Shown in pieces: positions 38,499-51,655 of a DNA stretch of 64,000 bases (its first letter is position 1; each line of letters opens with the position of its first letter). The position numbers and the translations under genes were made by a program. This stretch comes from Fimbriosthenelais zetlandica (taxonomy: Eukaryota): positions 16,740,001 through 16,804,000 of the forward strand of contig OZ365118.1 in assembly GCA_977030845.1 (NCBI GenBank), read 5' to 3'. Below the pieces are notes generated by a model. That model was not told where the DNA came from. It saw only the letters and a program-made list of their open reading frames with translations, and did no database searches.

Positions 38499-41400
38499 TC
38501 TCTCCAGTAGTAAAGCCAGTAAGCTAGCACTTGCAGCTTGCTGGTCGTACTCGATAGTGGCTCGAGGCAAGGCTGGCTATGATATTACAAATAATCCATA
38601 TTCATAGGCAAAGGGCCCTTGCCCAACGCTAAACCAACAGATCCTATTACATAAACAGATACAAAGAGTTGAGGCAAAAGTCAATATGTTCCTATCATGC
38701 CCACAAGCTAAGACCCAATCAAGATTAGAAGAACATGGAGAAGAAGGCAGATAAAGGGCAAGTGGTATCTGTTGTTTATCTTTCTGGCCTCGAGCACCAT
38801 TTCATTAGGACAACGAGCTATGATTGATGGACACACCGCCTATTATCGCCCCCTCTGGTGCCTAATCGGGACTGCTTTTGTCCCGCGGAGCAGTCGCACA
38901 CCTAACACTTCCATCTATTTCCGGAGGCTGTCCAATCAGAATTGGGCATAATTCACCTATGGCAGGCCCGGGCAGTGGGAATGTGTGCAGATTCAAACAG
39001 AGTCTGGTCTCTGTTGTCTTGCCTTCCTCATGCCACTTTTGACCCACACATCTCTAAACATTCATATCGTCTCCCATATCTCATCTCTATCCCATCTCGT
39101 CCTATCCCTTCTTCCCCAGTCACCTCCCCAGGGTGTTCTTGCTGCAGCAGGCAAGGCTTCTTGGTATTGGATATCCTCTCTGCCCAACATCCAGACTTTA
39201 AGATTTGCCTAATATGTTTTGGTCACTTTAGTTCTTTTACATTCCTTAACATTCCGAGCAGTTCTTTAAATTCTAACGTAGGAACAGTAATTGTGCTTTT
39301 CACAGAAGAATAATATTGTGCAATGGTTTAATTGAATTGCTGCTAATAAATTAAAAAAAACATTTTAGGTTTTATGAGAATTGCTGGTGATGATATAGGG
39401 TATTGAATTCCATTGAATTATCTATGGAAGATTGCCAGATCTCCAGTGAAGTATTTTGGAAGCATTTAGCATCAATGTACTCAAGTCCCTGCCTTATAAC
39501 ATAGTTAAAAATTAGAGAATATAACATTGAAACTAATGACACTGCAGGCCGACTGAGGCCAACAATCCATCCCTCATTATAGTACATAAATAATGCACTA
39601 GGCCAGCCTCACCTTGTTTCCAACCCTCTTTATTACAGGCTAAAATCATTGAGATAATTATACGTTTTCTGTCTAGACATAAGTAGTGACAGCACCATCA
39701 ATAATTCACGTATAATAGCAGCGGCTCACCGCACCTTAATTGCTGAAAGGCGATTGTGAAATTTATCTCTTTGGGCGCCGCGATGTGACAAAGATATGGA
39801 CGAGCAAGATTCTGTACTGGGATGATCAAATGTGATGCTGCCATGATTACACAGCATGAACAATCGCACTGATGAAGGCCTTTTTATTATATCCACCAAT
39901 CAATAGATAAGTGCGAATACATGGCATATAGGCGGACACGTAAAAGCTGGTTTTTGCCACCACCGCCCCGTACCGTATTGGCACTAATCCATTTAACCAG
40001 GTGTGGCGGATTTTTGTCACTGCACCGTTCAATATGTGTCTATAGAGTTTAAGTGTGAGCAGACAAAAACCATGTTATCTGGTCAATATAATCCCCTTCC
40101 ACAGAATGGTTATTAGTGACAGCTTTGGTCGTGCGTTTAGACTGAAATGGCAGGTGCGCCAGTATTGACTCACATCCCTCATGATGGCCACTGCTTGTAG
40201 TCGATATCCATACATATATATTTATTCTCCACCCGGATTTGAATAGGAGCCTTCATTCTCTCTTCACTCTGCCAGTGTTCTCTCTCTCTCCATCTCTCCC
40301 CCTCTCTCTCTGCCATCTTTTATCAGTCTCATCACTATAGCATTCATCTTCATCCCTATGTCATTATATTCCTATTGTTGGTGCACAAAAGATGGAGGAG
40401 AGAGAAATCGATAGAAGATTATCACTGTGATAACCTATAGACGATGTGCTGGTATGGGATGTTTTTGCACGGCAGGGATGGGCTTGTGAAACTCACTCCG
40501 GACACCCATGTGCTCCAAACGGTTGAATCTACCACTATCAGCCATTTCATCTACATTGTCCTCCTATAGGGGATCCTCATTGATCTTCCGTCCAGGAAGG
40601 GGATGTGAATTTTGGTGGTGGGACACTTGGAAGCCATGCTGGTGGTGGGGAAGGTGGGGGTTTGTGATGGTTGGGGGGTTAGTAGTGGAGAATGATCAGC
40701 CAAGCAGGAGAGCAGATAAGATTGGGGGATCCAAGCTGACATCAAAAAGTACTTTGCTAACGGGCTGCGCCCTTCCCACCAGACTGCCAGATTCCAGCAC
40801 ATGGCTAGCCACCACCTCCCGCCTCCCCCGTGTCCCTGTCGTGTTTTATCGATGGCCACATAAAAGCACTTCCTGAATGTCAAGAGTGACATTGTAATGC
40901 GCCATGTAGCAGGGTGCGCCCAGATTTATGATGCCAGGGGCGTTAACTGATGTGGTTTGTTTTTAGCAAAATTGAATCGATGAGGCCAGGTGATGAGGGG
41001 ATTAGGAGCGGAGGGAGAGGAGGCATATGGAAGTAAGAACTAAATGTTATTAAAGGTGCATATGACGTTGAGGAGGCGGGTGGTTGTCTTCCCATTCAGT
41101 CCTGGATGATACCACCAATGGACGCTCCTGGGTTGGTCCCTCAAGGCTCGTAGGATTTCGAGGTTACGACTTTTACGACATTCACAAGCCAATGGTGTGC
41201 TCGGACCATGCCATCTGCCATGCCGTCCCACGCGCGCCACCCCTCCTACTACGATACCAATTTGCCGTAAATGGCTTTGGTTGGTCTCCTGGAGGCACGC
41301 TCGTAAATTGACTGAACGTGAGTCTGGGGGGCTGAAAAGTGTTGGCTTCCTCCATGGTAAAGTGTGAGCTGGGATGAGCCCACTATTGGGGCTACCGTCA

Positions 41401-43006
41401 CGGCATTCCCACTCACGACTCCACCATGTCCCCCCACTGCTTCTATTCCTCCTAATCTGGCCTGCTTTCACTTATTCCCACCATGCCGGATCATGTGGTT
41501 AGATCCATTGCCTCCACTTAACCTAGCACAGACCCTCCCATGTGAATACACCCCCAGTCCTGATTACACCTTCTGTCCTTCTCTCTTGCCTCATTTCTCG
41601 ACTCATTTTTCGGTGGTTGTTCCCACTATTTTTACGAGGTGAAGCCATATCCTTATTGTCCAGTTCTGGATTATTACCATCATTATCATACTTAGGAGAA
41701 TCTCAGAAAATATATCACTCCTATTTATGAGCTGTAAAACTCGCATGTTAGGATTATGTGAATCGCTCTTTATGCAGAAAGCAATTGCTCCCAAGACAGA
41801 TTCCTTATCGAAGAGACCAGATCACAAATTAGCATTATAACGATAGCTTATCAATATGGGAGAAGACCATATAAAAGTAGTATAATTGTGCCAGGCAGGG
41901 TCAGTGCCATATCATTACCAAAGGGTGGTCTTGCATCCAATAGAGTGGTTTATCCATAAGGCACCGGACTAGGAATTGCCTAATCATTGATTTATATGCA
42001 TCTATAAATACCCTATGATTTAATCAGTTGGCTCAATGGCTTCTAGGAGTATGTATATAGCCATATACAGATCAGACCCTCCCTTTAAGGCGTGCTTGGT
42101 GGGTATGGTGGTCGGGTCATCTCAGCTGGTACTGGTAGAAAAAGCCTGAGAGAAAGTCTTCGCAGTTGAAGGCACAAAAGGTCATTGATATATACGGCGA
42201 TGGAAGGGACCAAAGTACCACCCTTATGGAAACATACTAACAATCCATCACAAATGTGTAAAGCTTACACCGTCAGATATATCACCATCTGTCAGTGGAC
42301 CCGTGCTCAGACAATCACCGCCTATCTATATGCAGTCAGAAGTTGGTGTATGTACCTGCCTCCTGTATGCTATTATTGGCCAGGGTAAGGGGGACCTTTT
42401 TACACACCAACAGTGTCACCTCCTCTGTCTTCTACCCTCCCTCCTCCCTCCTCCCTCCTCCCCATCCACACCACACCTGCCTCCTCCTCCTGCCCCTCAG
42501 CCATCTTCCCATCTGCCTCTGCTTCTAAAGGCCAGGTAACTGATTTATAATGCTGCAGACTAACTTCAGCAGCCCAGATCTTCCCCATGGATACCCTGCT
42601 CCTATTCCCCTTTTCCTTATACTACTCCTGCTCTTGTCAGTTTTCCACTGTCTCTTCACCGGATGAACATTCCCTTTGGGTTGATTGCTCTTATTGCAAA
42701 CCCTGAATTTCATCTCCCTGGCCCGGGCTCTCATATTGTTCTGTCCTTTGGGTCCTCTCCTCGACTCATGCCCCTTCCCCTCCTCTTCTCTCCCCTCGTC
42801 CCCAACCACCTCCCCTCAGATTGAATTCTTCACTGTAAGGATGACCTTGGCGGATGAATATTGGATTGGTTATGTGAATCTGCCTTATTGATGCCTCAGT
42901 CATTTGTCCTCATCCATCCACCCACAAATAATTTATCTTTTCCACAATGCCTCCAGTTTGCATTAATCTGAGAGGAGTTGGGCTTATATTACCAATGTGA
43001 TTCACT

Positions 43007-43061
43007 CCCCACCCCCAATCACCACCCCCACCCCCAATCACTACCCCCACAACCCCATCCC
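43007..43061 (-). repeat. C-rich short repeat (G-quadruplex-capable on the minus strand)
   Basis: CCCCACCCCCAATCAC occurs twice, plus further C runs; seven runs of 3 or more C. Confidence 0.85.
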
Positions 43062-45672
43062 AGATAGAATCTGACCGTCAGCCACGCCTATAGCTTATAA
43101 TGCGCTTTTCAAGATCTATTTCATCTCATTGAAACAACCTCCTGTCTGTCAAGGCAAATGAGTTGACATTAAACTTCATCATTGTATAGGCATTGTATTT
43201 CCCACTCACTCGGCCTGGGCTTAAGTATCGAGTTACTGTTAGAAACAATGCGGCTTCATAACTCAAAAAAAGCCGTCGCAGTCCGAAAGGCAAATTAAAT
43301 GGATTTTATATTGACCTTTTTCCTCCAACTATCCTATGCTTTACTTAATGTTGCTAAGGATTAATACTTAATAGGGATGTATAATGGAGGAAATCTAATT
43401 ATACTTACATAATGGAAATGTCTCAAATTTGATGGAAAGCGAGATTGGTTAATAGAGTACTATGGGTTATTGGGTGCATGGACGCGTGCAATAGTATCAT
43501 CAAAATATATAATGTGATTAGGATATATTATACATGTTAATCTTATTTAATCATGTTAGATTTTACTTTGCCAGAAACGATTAGGGTGTCACTCTATACT
43601 CAAGCCCTTCTAATTTCAGGGCTTGTCCTTTGCTGCTTGTTGTTCTGAGACGTGATGGACCTCGTTTATTTAAAGCCAGTCTAGGTAAATTAACAATAGG
43701 TCTATCCTATAAAAGTGAGTATTAAGCAATTTTATTTAATTTACAGAATTACCAGTGATATGTCCCATTAATAATGAAATGATAATTCTCGTGGGAAAAT
43801 TCCATCTCCGAATATATATGATATGTATGATCTAACAGCCGAGCAGCACTTTGCTTCAATTTTTTTCCAAAAGCCCTTCCTTCGTGACACATTTCCAAGC
43901 CACTATACCACTTAGGAAGGAACGTGTGACTCTTGAAGTGGAAATTGCATGGAAAAAGTCTCCTTTGTATGGAATTCTGTAAGAAATGCATTATTCCCAG
44001 GCCTTCTACTACATATACACATTTGAGTGTTGGAGAGAGAAGAAAAAAAACATGACAAAGGACCCTTATTGGGGAGGGGAGAGGTATAGGTGAAGCCAAC
44101 ACGTTTGTGAAGAGTAGCTGCCACAATCAGTGACAGTAGACAAACACGTGCCATCTTTAAATAAACATCAGCCTGGCCACAGCGAGCTGTGAGACAACCA
44201 TTAGACGCTCTCTCAAAGAAGGCCATATATCAGATTCCCTCCCCCTCCTCCCCCTTACTCCCTCCTCATACCTCCCTCTCTCCTCCTCCTCCACACTAAT
44301 ATACATAAATAATGCCCCATACATGGGGAAATATCAGCACACCTTGGGTGCCTAACAGGTCGACCACCTCTGTCCTGCTTATAAATAAGTAGCAAGATCC
44401 AAAGGTTTCCAAACATTATTCCTAATTTAAAAAGTTATGGAGTAATGTGAAATTTTATCCATAATTTGGATTTTGAAAACAAAAACATCAGAGTATTGCT
44501 CCAAAAAGACCTGTTTTTATTAGAGGACTTTTTTCGGATCTGTACAACCTAATTTCCTCAGGCAATCTCTTCCCTATTTTCATTCAAATGAATTGCTTTT
44601 AGTGCAATAATTCAGTAAAAAAAATCCCTTTGCCATTGATATACTATAACCTGATGTATAGGTAGCCATATAGTGATGGCTCCTTTCAATACCATTTAGT
44701 TTAAGATCTTAACCTAGACTCAGAGCTGTGCTTATTGTCAATATTTAATGCCCTTAGGGGGGCTTTCTTTTATGCTTCTCTTCATGAATAATGCAGTGAC
44801 TGACGCCAAAAAGGTCTCTCTGCTTTTGAATAAAATAAATATCCATGTCCCGACGTCTAAACTCTGTAGGCGATCTGTTAATAGTGGGTTGATAATATAG
44901 AAAATAGACCCGAAATCCTGCTGTGTGATACTGAGGTCATAGAAGTCATTATGTTTAATTTGAAAAAAAAAATCATGCCAGTCATTGGACATACCAATAC
45001 ATCCCAACATCAGAAACAATCTGTTCCAGTTTCAGCCCAAATGTTGAAATCTTTACAACTCTCCTCCTGATTTCTTTAAGGATTATTAATCACTTATGAG
45101 GGGTGTTGGAAAGAGAACGTCTTGAGAAGAGACTATTTAAAACCCACAAACTTTGAGTTAAGCGACTCAGGTCGTATAACTACTTAGCTAACTTGTCCTG
45201 GGTGAAGGAGCAGCAGAGACTGTGGCGTTTTTATCACTTTTTTCAGGAGTGGAGGGCTGGAGAGGAGGAAAGCAGGAGCTGTGCTGATGAATGGCTTGTT
45301 GATTGGTCAGCTAAAGCCTAGAATAGCTCTCCACTTAAGTCCCTGGTCACTCCACTGGTCATTTCACCCTCTCCCCCACACTGCCACGCCCTCCCACCTA
45401 CAGCTGACCGGCCCTTTCTCCTCGCCCTACTCTAGGTCCAGGTGTTAATGTGAATTCTAAAATGGATTCTCAGAAGGAATTTTACTAAAAATTCCTGGAT
45501 GTTAAAGTTGGGTAAAACTTAAGGGCATCTATCAGAAGTATTTTTGATTTAATGATTCAATCTATCCTTACTGGATATTTAATGTCTGTTTGTATTCAAC
45601 TTAAAATTGATGCAATACACCATACTACTTCTGCATGCATACCATAACTACTTTGGGTTTAACACATCTGCC

Positions 45673-45752
45673 TTAGTTTTACCAGAACTGCATTAGTTTT
45701 ACCACAATTGCATTACTAATACTACAACTGCATTACTTGTACTACACCAGCT
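45673..45752 (+). repeat. 20-bp tandem repeat, 4 progressively diverging copies
   Basis: TTAGTTTTACCAGAACTGCA / TTAGTTTTACCACAATTGCA / TTACTAATACTACAACTGCA / TTACTTGTACTACACCAGCT. Confidence 0.85.
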
Positions 45753-48036
45753 AATCTATTCCCATTGCTTGTTGCTCGGTTTTGGAGAATCTCCTTACAT
45801 TGCCATGCGATTATTGCCACAGCTTCCTGTAAAATTCTATTACCCTGATTTAATTCCCATAACTTGCCTCCCGCATCCCCAGGCAAATAATAGCCAGGCC
45901 CTCATTAATCCCCGGAATTATGAGCATGCCAAAGCAAGCTTGATTTGTGGAGATTTGAAGTAGGGACTAGCTTAGGCGCGGGCAAAGGAATAGAAAATGA
46001 ATGTAGAATGATTGAAAATGAATGTTGTCGTAAAGATGATCTAAAGAGGCACATTCCTCGGACATTTTTATGCCAGTCGTGAACACGGAGACGGCTGTGT
46101 TAAGTTACAACTATTTAAAGTTGAAATTTAAATTTAAAATTTGAGATGGGAACCAACGAAAATATCCCGTGAAACGTGATAGGATATTGAAGTCGGTATT
46201 CATGTTTTCCTCGTCTTACTTTGCCAGACTTGCCAGACTAAAAGTAAATGTGAGACCTTGGCAACGATTTTGAACTACTTCATGGGATGAAAAAACCCTT
46301 CGTCTCCAACTGGGAGGCTGTTCAGTGAAGGAATTGTCAAATAATGTTGTGAACCTGTGTCTAAAGTCTGTGAAGAACTTCAGGCTTCATAGGCATCTGA
46401 ATAGTTCTGGAATATCAGAAATCAGTACTTGTAAAATCATGGAAAAACGATAAATTGGAATTTTCTGAAGTTTTTTTTAAACAGTATCATGAACCTGTGA
46501 ACTGTTCTTGAACCTGTGAATGTGGATCAGTACCATGACCTTTTGCTGTAAAACTGTGCCGAGCTGTACATGTACTTTCAATGTGAGTTCACAGTATTAC
46601 AGATTGTAAGCACGACACCCACTACTACTGTGTATGCATGAAAGTCACCCTCCCCGACCTGAGCAAGACGAATGCCTTGCCCACTTTTAAAACCCAATCC
46701 TAGAGCTGCTCTAAATAAAGATGGCGGAGGCCTTTGAAGCGAGAGCTGCCTTTGGAAATAGCTTTTGAATGGAAATTAAATTGAACTAGAGTAACATCTC
46801 ATGACTGCTAACATGGTATTACGGACTCATTGGCACACCAGCCTGCCACTTTCTTGTCCTAATGGTGCCAGGGAGCCGAATACAGCCGAATCTGGTCAGA
46901 ATACCCCAATAGGTGCAAAGATTTTAATCCCAAGCCTTCCCCAGAATTTAAGGCCCTTCTTTAGCCAAAACCGTGCTCAATAGTACTAATGATACACTTT
47001 AAACTTTGAGAATTGGAGTATGAATATTTTAAATGCACTTGTTTATTCATCTCCTCACCAAAATATAGTGTACAACTTTCCAATTTCATCCCGAAAATGA
47101 GTCAGTTTCTTACTCAGCTTAAGAGCTTACATGATTCAAATACAGTTTAATAATATGAAGGATTTAATGATTAAATTCATTAGGGAAATGCCAACAAGTC
47201 AGAGAAGCAACCATTGTTAGTCCTGAACCTATACAGCTCAGCCGTGTTGGTATTGGTGAAACAAATTGGGAGAAAGTGGAGGGAAATGTTAAAAAACGCC
47301 ACACTTCGTCATCAACATGCCGTGTAATGGAACTCTCCACTTTGCATTTTTATGAGGGATAATGATCGGTGATGTGCATTAATCTATTTTTTTCAAATTA
47401 TTCCTTGTTACCATGTGCAATTAGGGCCTCTTCTGGTATGGAGGAAGGGTAAACAAGGTGGGGGGAGAAAAATGGTGGAATGACGCCTGGTAATCTGGGA
47501 TAAACATCTTGATTAGTTTGAACACGGCACGTCATTATTCTACTACTTGTTGCATCTCCGCAAACTTGTAAACCTACAAGGTTCATCAAGGATATTACAT
47601 GTTTAATATTTCATGAATTCATGTAACATTTTTTTCTCCCACTCTCCTTCATTGACTATCAGCCTAATGGGGTTTCGCAATAATAATGAATGATTGAAAA
47701 GAATCAGGTTTCTGTCTTAACAAACACACACTTGTGCCATATTCTGACCTGGTCGATTTAATGGCAACCACATAAGGACATGTCAGTATCTTTAAAATGA
47801 TTATTTATGATTGAGAAGCCACTGTTCCAGTACTGGTGTGTACTCATGTGAAAGGCCACCATAGGGACACTTCCCTATAGTCAAAGACACACCAGCAGGT
47901 CGACCATTGATAATCCACCTACAGCCCTGGCAGACCTCTCTTCGTTTGTATTCCGCACACATTGTCATATTAAGATGTATGAAGTCTGAGATAGTGCCTG
48001 GCGCCGGGGGACCTGCCAACTTCTCTCCCCCCCACC

Positions 48037-48106
48037 CCCCCATACTGCCCCTCCCACCCCCATACTGCCCCTCCCATCCTCCCCCACCCCCATACTGCCC
48101 CTCCCA
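48037..48106 (+). repeat. 20-bp C-rich repeat, 3 copies (G4-capable on the minus strand)
   Basis: CCCCCATACTGCCCCTCCCA at 48037, 48057 and 48087. Confidence 0.9.
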
Positions 48107-49176
48107 TCCCAGGTCTGGACTATCCACAGGGGGAGCTTCATCAGCCACTGGTCATCACCAGCTTGTTCTGTTTTTCTCGTGTGGTCTGCTGGGACTGACC
48201 AGTAATCAACACCAGAATGACCAGCAGGCCCCAAAGCATACGTAGACAGTTTATTAACATACACATCTACCTCCCAATGCAGATTTTTCTTTATCTCCCT
48301 CCTCTCCTCACTCTCCTCTCCCCCCTCTGTCTGGATTCTACAGCCATCATCATTTGCATTTGGCACTTAACAGTAAAGGGCATTTTTTAAACTTGCCTTC
48401 TGTATTTAAAGTATATGTAAATGACTCAGTAGGGAGGCAGTGGGTGGAAAGGCACTTGCCTTACACGTAGATAAATTGAAATTGAACCCATAACCTTCTT
48501 GCCAAGACCCACTGGTATTTGAATTCATTGATTGAATTATATGAAATAGCAAAGTCCCCATTTCAATGCGACCGTATCTGATCCTTCTTGATTCTTAAAT
48601 TAATTTATTATAACCCCTTTCCTCTGTGATTGGCAGTTATTGTACATAATATATTATATCATATTTCTGCCCTTCTATATGAAAGGGAGCAAGCGTATAG
48701 GACTGACTAACCTTCGTTTGAGAATAAGTCAGCAAATCCAGAACTGGTAACTTGTATATATATATTGGATGTACTTGATAACCTCTCAGCATCCGAGGCC
48801 ACCACCCCCTAATATCACGCCTTAGACCAGAGGTACCTTTGAGAAACATCCTCCGCATCAAAACTTACTTTTTATCTGCCCACGCCTGCAGGCTTCTTCT
48901 AATAAGTATAAGCGTCCACTCACACACCAGTCCTCTTTTTATCGACACCTCCAAACAGCCCCCAGCTGCCTATATGACCTCTGCTTGTAATGGCGCGGCC
49001 GGAAGAAGACACCTTATTGCCGGAAGCCAGTATCTGAGGCAGGTCCCACCGCCTAGAGGCGCTGGGCTTTACAATATAACTAGATCTTCTATGAGACGGT
49101 CCGTGTAATTACACCCAGACAGTCGGCTAGAGTCGGGCTCATCTAAACATCTACCAATGACTGGGCTTAGGACTAT

Positions 49177-49528
49177 CTTAAGACATCCCTAAAGACATGT
49201 TGCACCCAGAGACTATATAGGCAATAGCTGTGTAATATGATATGTTTCATAAGCTTGTGATCAACTATGTGAAGTCTCAAGGGCTTAAGATTGTGCTTAA
49301 GAAAATCAGTAAGAAATTGTTCTCGAACTACCTATATATACAGTCCAAAGCTTGTGATCCACTGAGGTCTTAAGAGACTAAGATAATCATAAGACAATCT
49401 AAAGGTATCCTATCACAAGCCACTTATATACACAAGACCATTTATGATATTATGTGGCTAAGCTGTATTTTCTATACATTTCTTGTACATATAATAAGCC
49501 ACACATAATCTTTAGACCACCACTTAAG
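49177..49528. repeat. CTTAAG-dense segment with a 12-bp direct repeat; possible non-autonomous element relic
   Basis: CTTAAG at 49177, 49284, 49296, 49369 and 49523; AAGCTTGTGATC at 49251 and 49348. Confidence 0.4.
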
Positions 49529-49977
49529 CAGATATTGCTGTAATGTTTTTTCGGGGATAAACCATCTGGTACCGTCCGTTGATAGCAGTAATGGCTGGCT
49601 CCCGCCCGCGTCTATTAGTCCTATCACTAATTAGCTTTGCCTTATATAAGGTTGGATGGAGCAGAAAGCAGCTTAATGTCTTTGAGCCCATCTAAGCCAC
49701 TATGTCTAATCCTTGCAATAGAGTGAGACGGCTAAGGTGTCATGTACAGTGTTAATCATGAGGCTCCTCTATAAAGATACCCCCGCTCTTCAGGCTTGTA
49801 TATGGAGGTACCGCAGGCTAAATGGGTGATTTGTATGAGATATGTCCCCGCTACAATATGTGTCTCAGGTGCACACAGAGACAATGCCACTGCTATAGAG
49901 TGGCCCCTTAAACCTCACTGACGTATGTTCCTTAATATTTATCACCATGTTTTCCTTGCAAGTCCAAGGTTGTTCTA

Positions 49978-50056
49978 TTTAAACCAACAAATCCACTTCG
50001 AGAAGAATATGCCATTTCCAAGTTCTAATTTAGACCAGCAAATCCACTTCAAGAAG
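49978..50056 (+). repeat. 28-bp direct repeat with 51-bp period
   Basis: TTTAAACCAACAAATCCACTTCGAGAAG versus TTTAGACCAGCAAATCCACTTCAAGAAG (3 mismatches); a partial third AAATCCACTT at about 50146. Confidence 0.8.
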
Positions 50057-51505
50057 TGTAGAGTATTGAGTGCCGATAGCTTGTTTCCTCTTGTCCTGGG
50101 ATAGATGAAAAATTGCTGACTGAACGTTAAACCATAATATATAAAAAATCCACTTTGAAAATATTCCATGATGGATCGATGTATGAATGCGTTTGAAAGC
50201 TTTTTGCTTTAGAATTGAGTGAGAAATTCCATGTAATGAAGCCATTCGTATACATAAGCCCTTGTTTGTACCTTTACACGTTTATATATGAGTTATAAAT
50301 AAGACATATATATGATAGATGTTCCCACCAAGCCCTGCCTGCCCGAGAACAAATGCATAAAGCTTGTCATTTCACACCTACTAGATTGGACAATTCGCTC
50401 CTATTGCTTTCCCTATTCCTAGATTAGAACCACCACCATCCCTACCCTCTGAAGTGTTGTATCACCAATAGTGATAGCTACTGATAAAGGTGATAACTCA
50501 GTGATAAAAGTGGAATAAAATATCCTTATTCCATTCCAATAACATGGAAATGAAGGCCATTTTTATCATCTTCATGGTTTTCAGTCCAATAAACTGCCTT
50601 TATCTTATTAGGCTTGAGTATATATACGATCTATTTGCTGCTAGTCATGTACCATCAAAGTGCTTTGATACATGTATTACCAATGGTGCAGAGATATGAT
50701 GAAACGTTCTGACCCTGCCTCTCTATACAAAAGGTCAGTAGCCAGTTATACCGAATGTTGATCCAAGGATATCATTTCATGACTTGAGCTACTTGAGGCC
50801 TTTCAGCCTTAGTAATGTGTCACACTCGCCTCCATCTTTCGCCACGGCCTCCATGTTTTATATTCTCTATCTATTCACTACCATAACAAAGTGGCTCTCC
50901 TCTTTTTCACAAGGTGCCCCCAAATGTCATCTTTCCGAGCTACATAAGAGAAATTCTATGGCATGGGTTATGGATGGACGGTGTCCCATAGACCGGCCTC
51001 CCCATGCCATACATATGTATGTATATAGACCCAATATAAGGCCAGGCAACGAGTCTTCCCTCTGCCTCGTCCATCGAGCAAAGAATGCAGATTTACGAGT
51101 GTCGCTATCCATTAGCATCTACTCGTACCTTAGCACACGTTCACTCCAGCTATAACTAATGATTTGTGTTTATAATCGGACTGGCACCTCAAGATATGGA
51201 GCTACTCCTCAGAAATGGATCCTTTTTCTGACACCAATAAAATGGCCTGGGGGCAATTTGAAGCTGGTTTCTTATCATAAAAATCGAGTGAAGTGCTGGG
51301 AGTAAACCTCCCCGAAGAGGGAATTTATACCACGGTTTACACTGCATCACAAACCAGGATCATCTCCACACATACATACCACCCATGGTGACAATTTCCA
51401 CTGGGATAATTCCAAGTCTCTTGTATATAATTATATCTATTTCTCATTCAAATCTTCTGTGACATGATTTAACCACTGATAAGAGTACTCCCCATTGCCT
51501 TGATA

Positions 51506-51655
51506 TTTTATATCATCCATGTATAGTACAGGATTCTATAATGAATATTTTATCATCAATTCATAAAATTTGTACCGGTATTAATTTGAATTACAACAAT
51601 GTCTTTGGAGCATTATTATCTCTGATTGACACAACACCAAAAGATCTCCATGAAA
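51506..51655 (-). mobile_element. Decayed non-LTR reverse transcriptase relic, R4/Dong-like
   Basis: One minus frame reads FHGDLLVLCQSEIIMLQRHCCNSN*YRYKFYELMIKYSL*NPVLYMDDIK. FxGD and LYMDDIK are about 41 aa apart, like FQGD...LLYMDDxK in R4-clade RTs. Two stops. Confidence 0.55.

Noticed and set aside
41040-41471. Gypsy integrase-like ILRALRDQP...HPGLNGKT in a 143-aa ORF
   Set aside because: HHCC and DDE residues are not in the expected order.
46026-46055. C2H2 zinc-finger-like RKDDLKRH
   Set aside because: Lacks the CxxC pair and second His; no exon boundaries.
47801-48245. Gly-rich and Pro-rich ORFs
   Set aside because: Generated by the C-rich 20-bp repeat.
48470-48515. tRNA/SINE B-box-like GGTTCAAT (minus strand)
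   Set aside because: Imperfect B box, no proper A box, and no cloverleaf.
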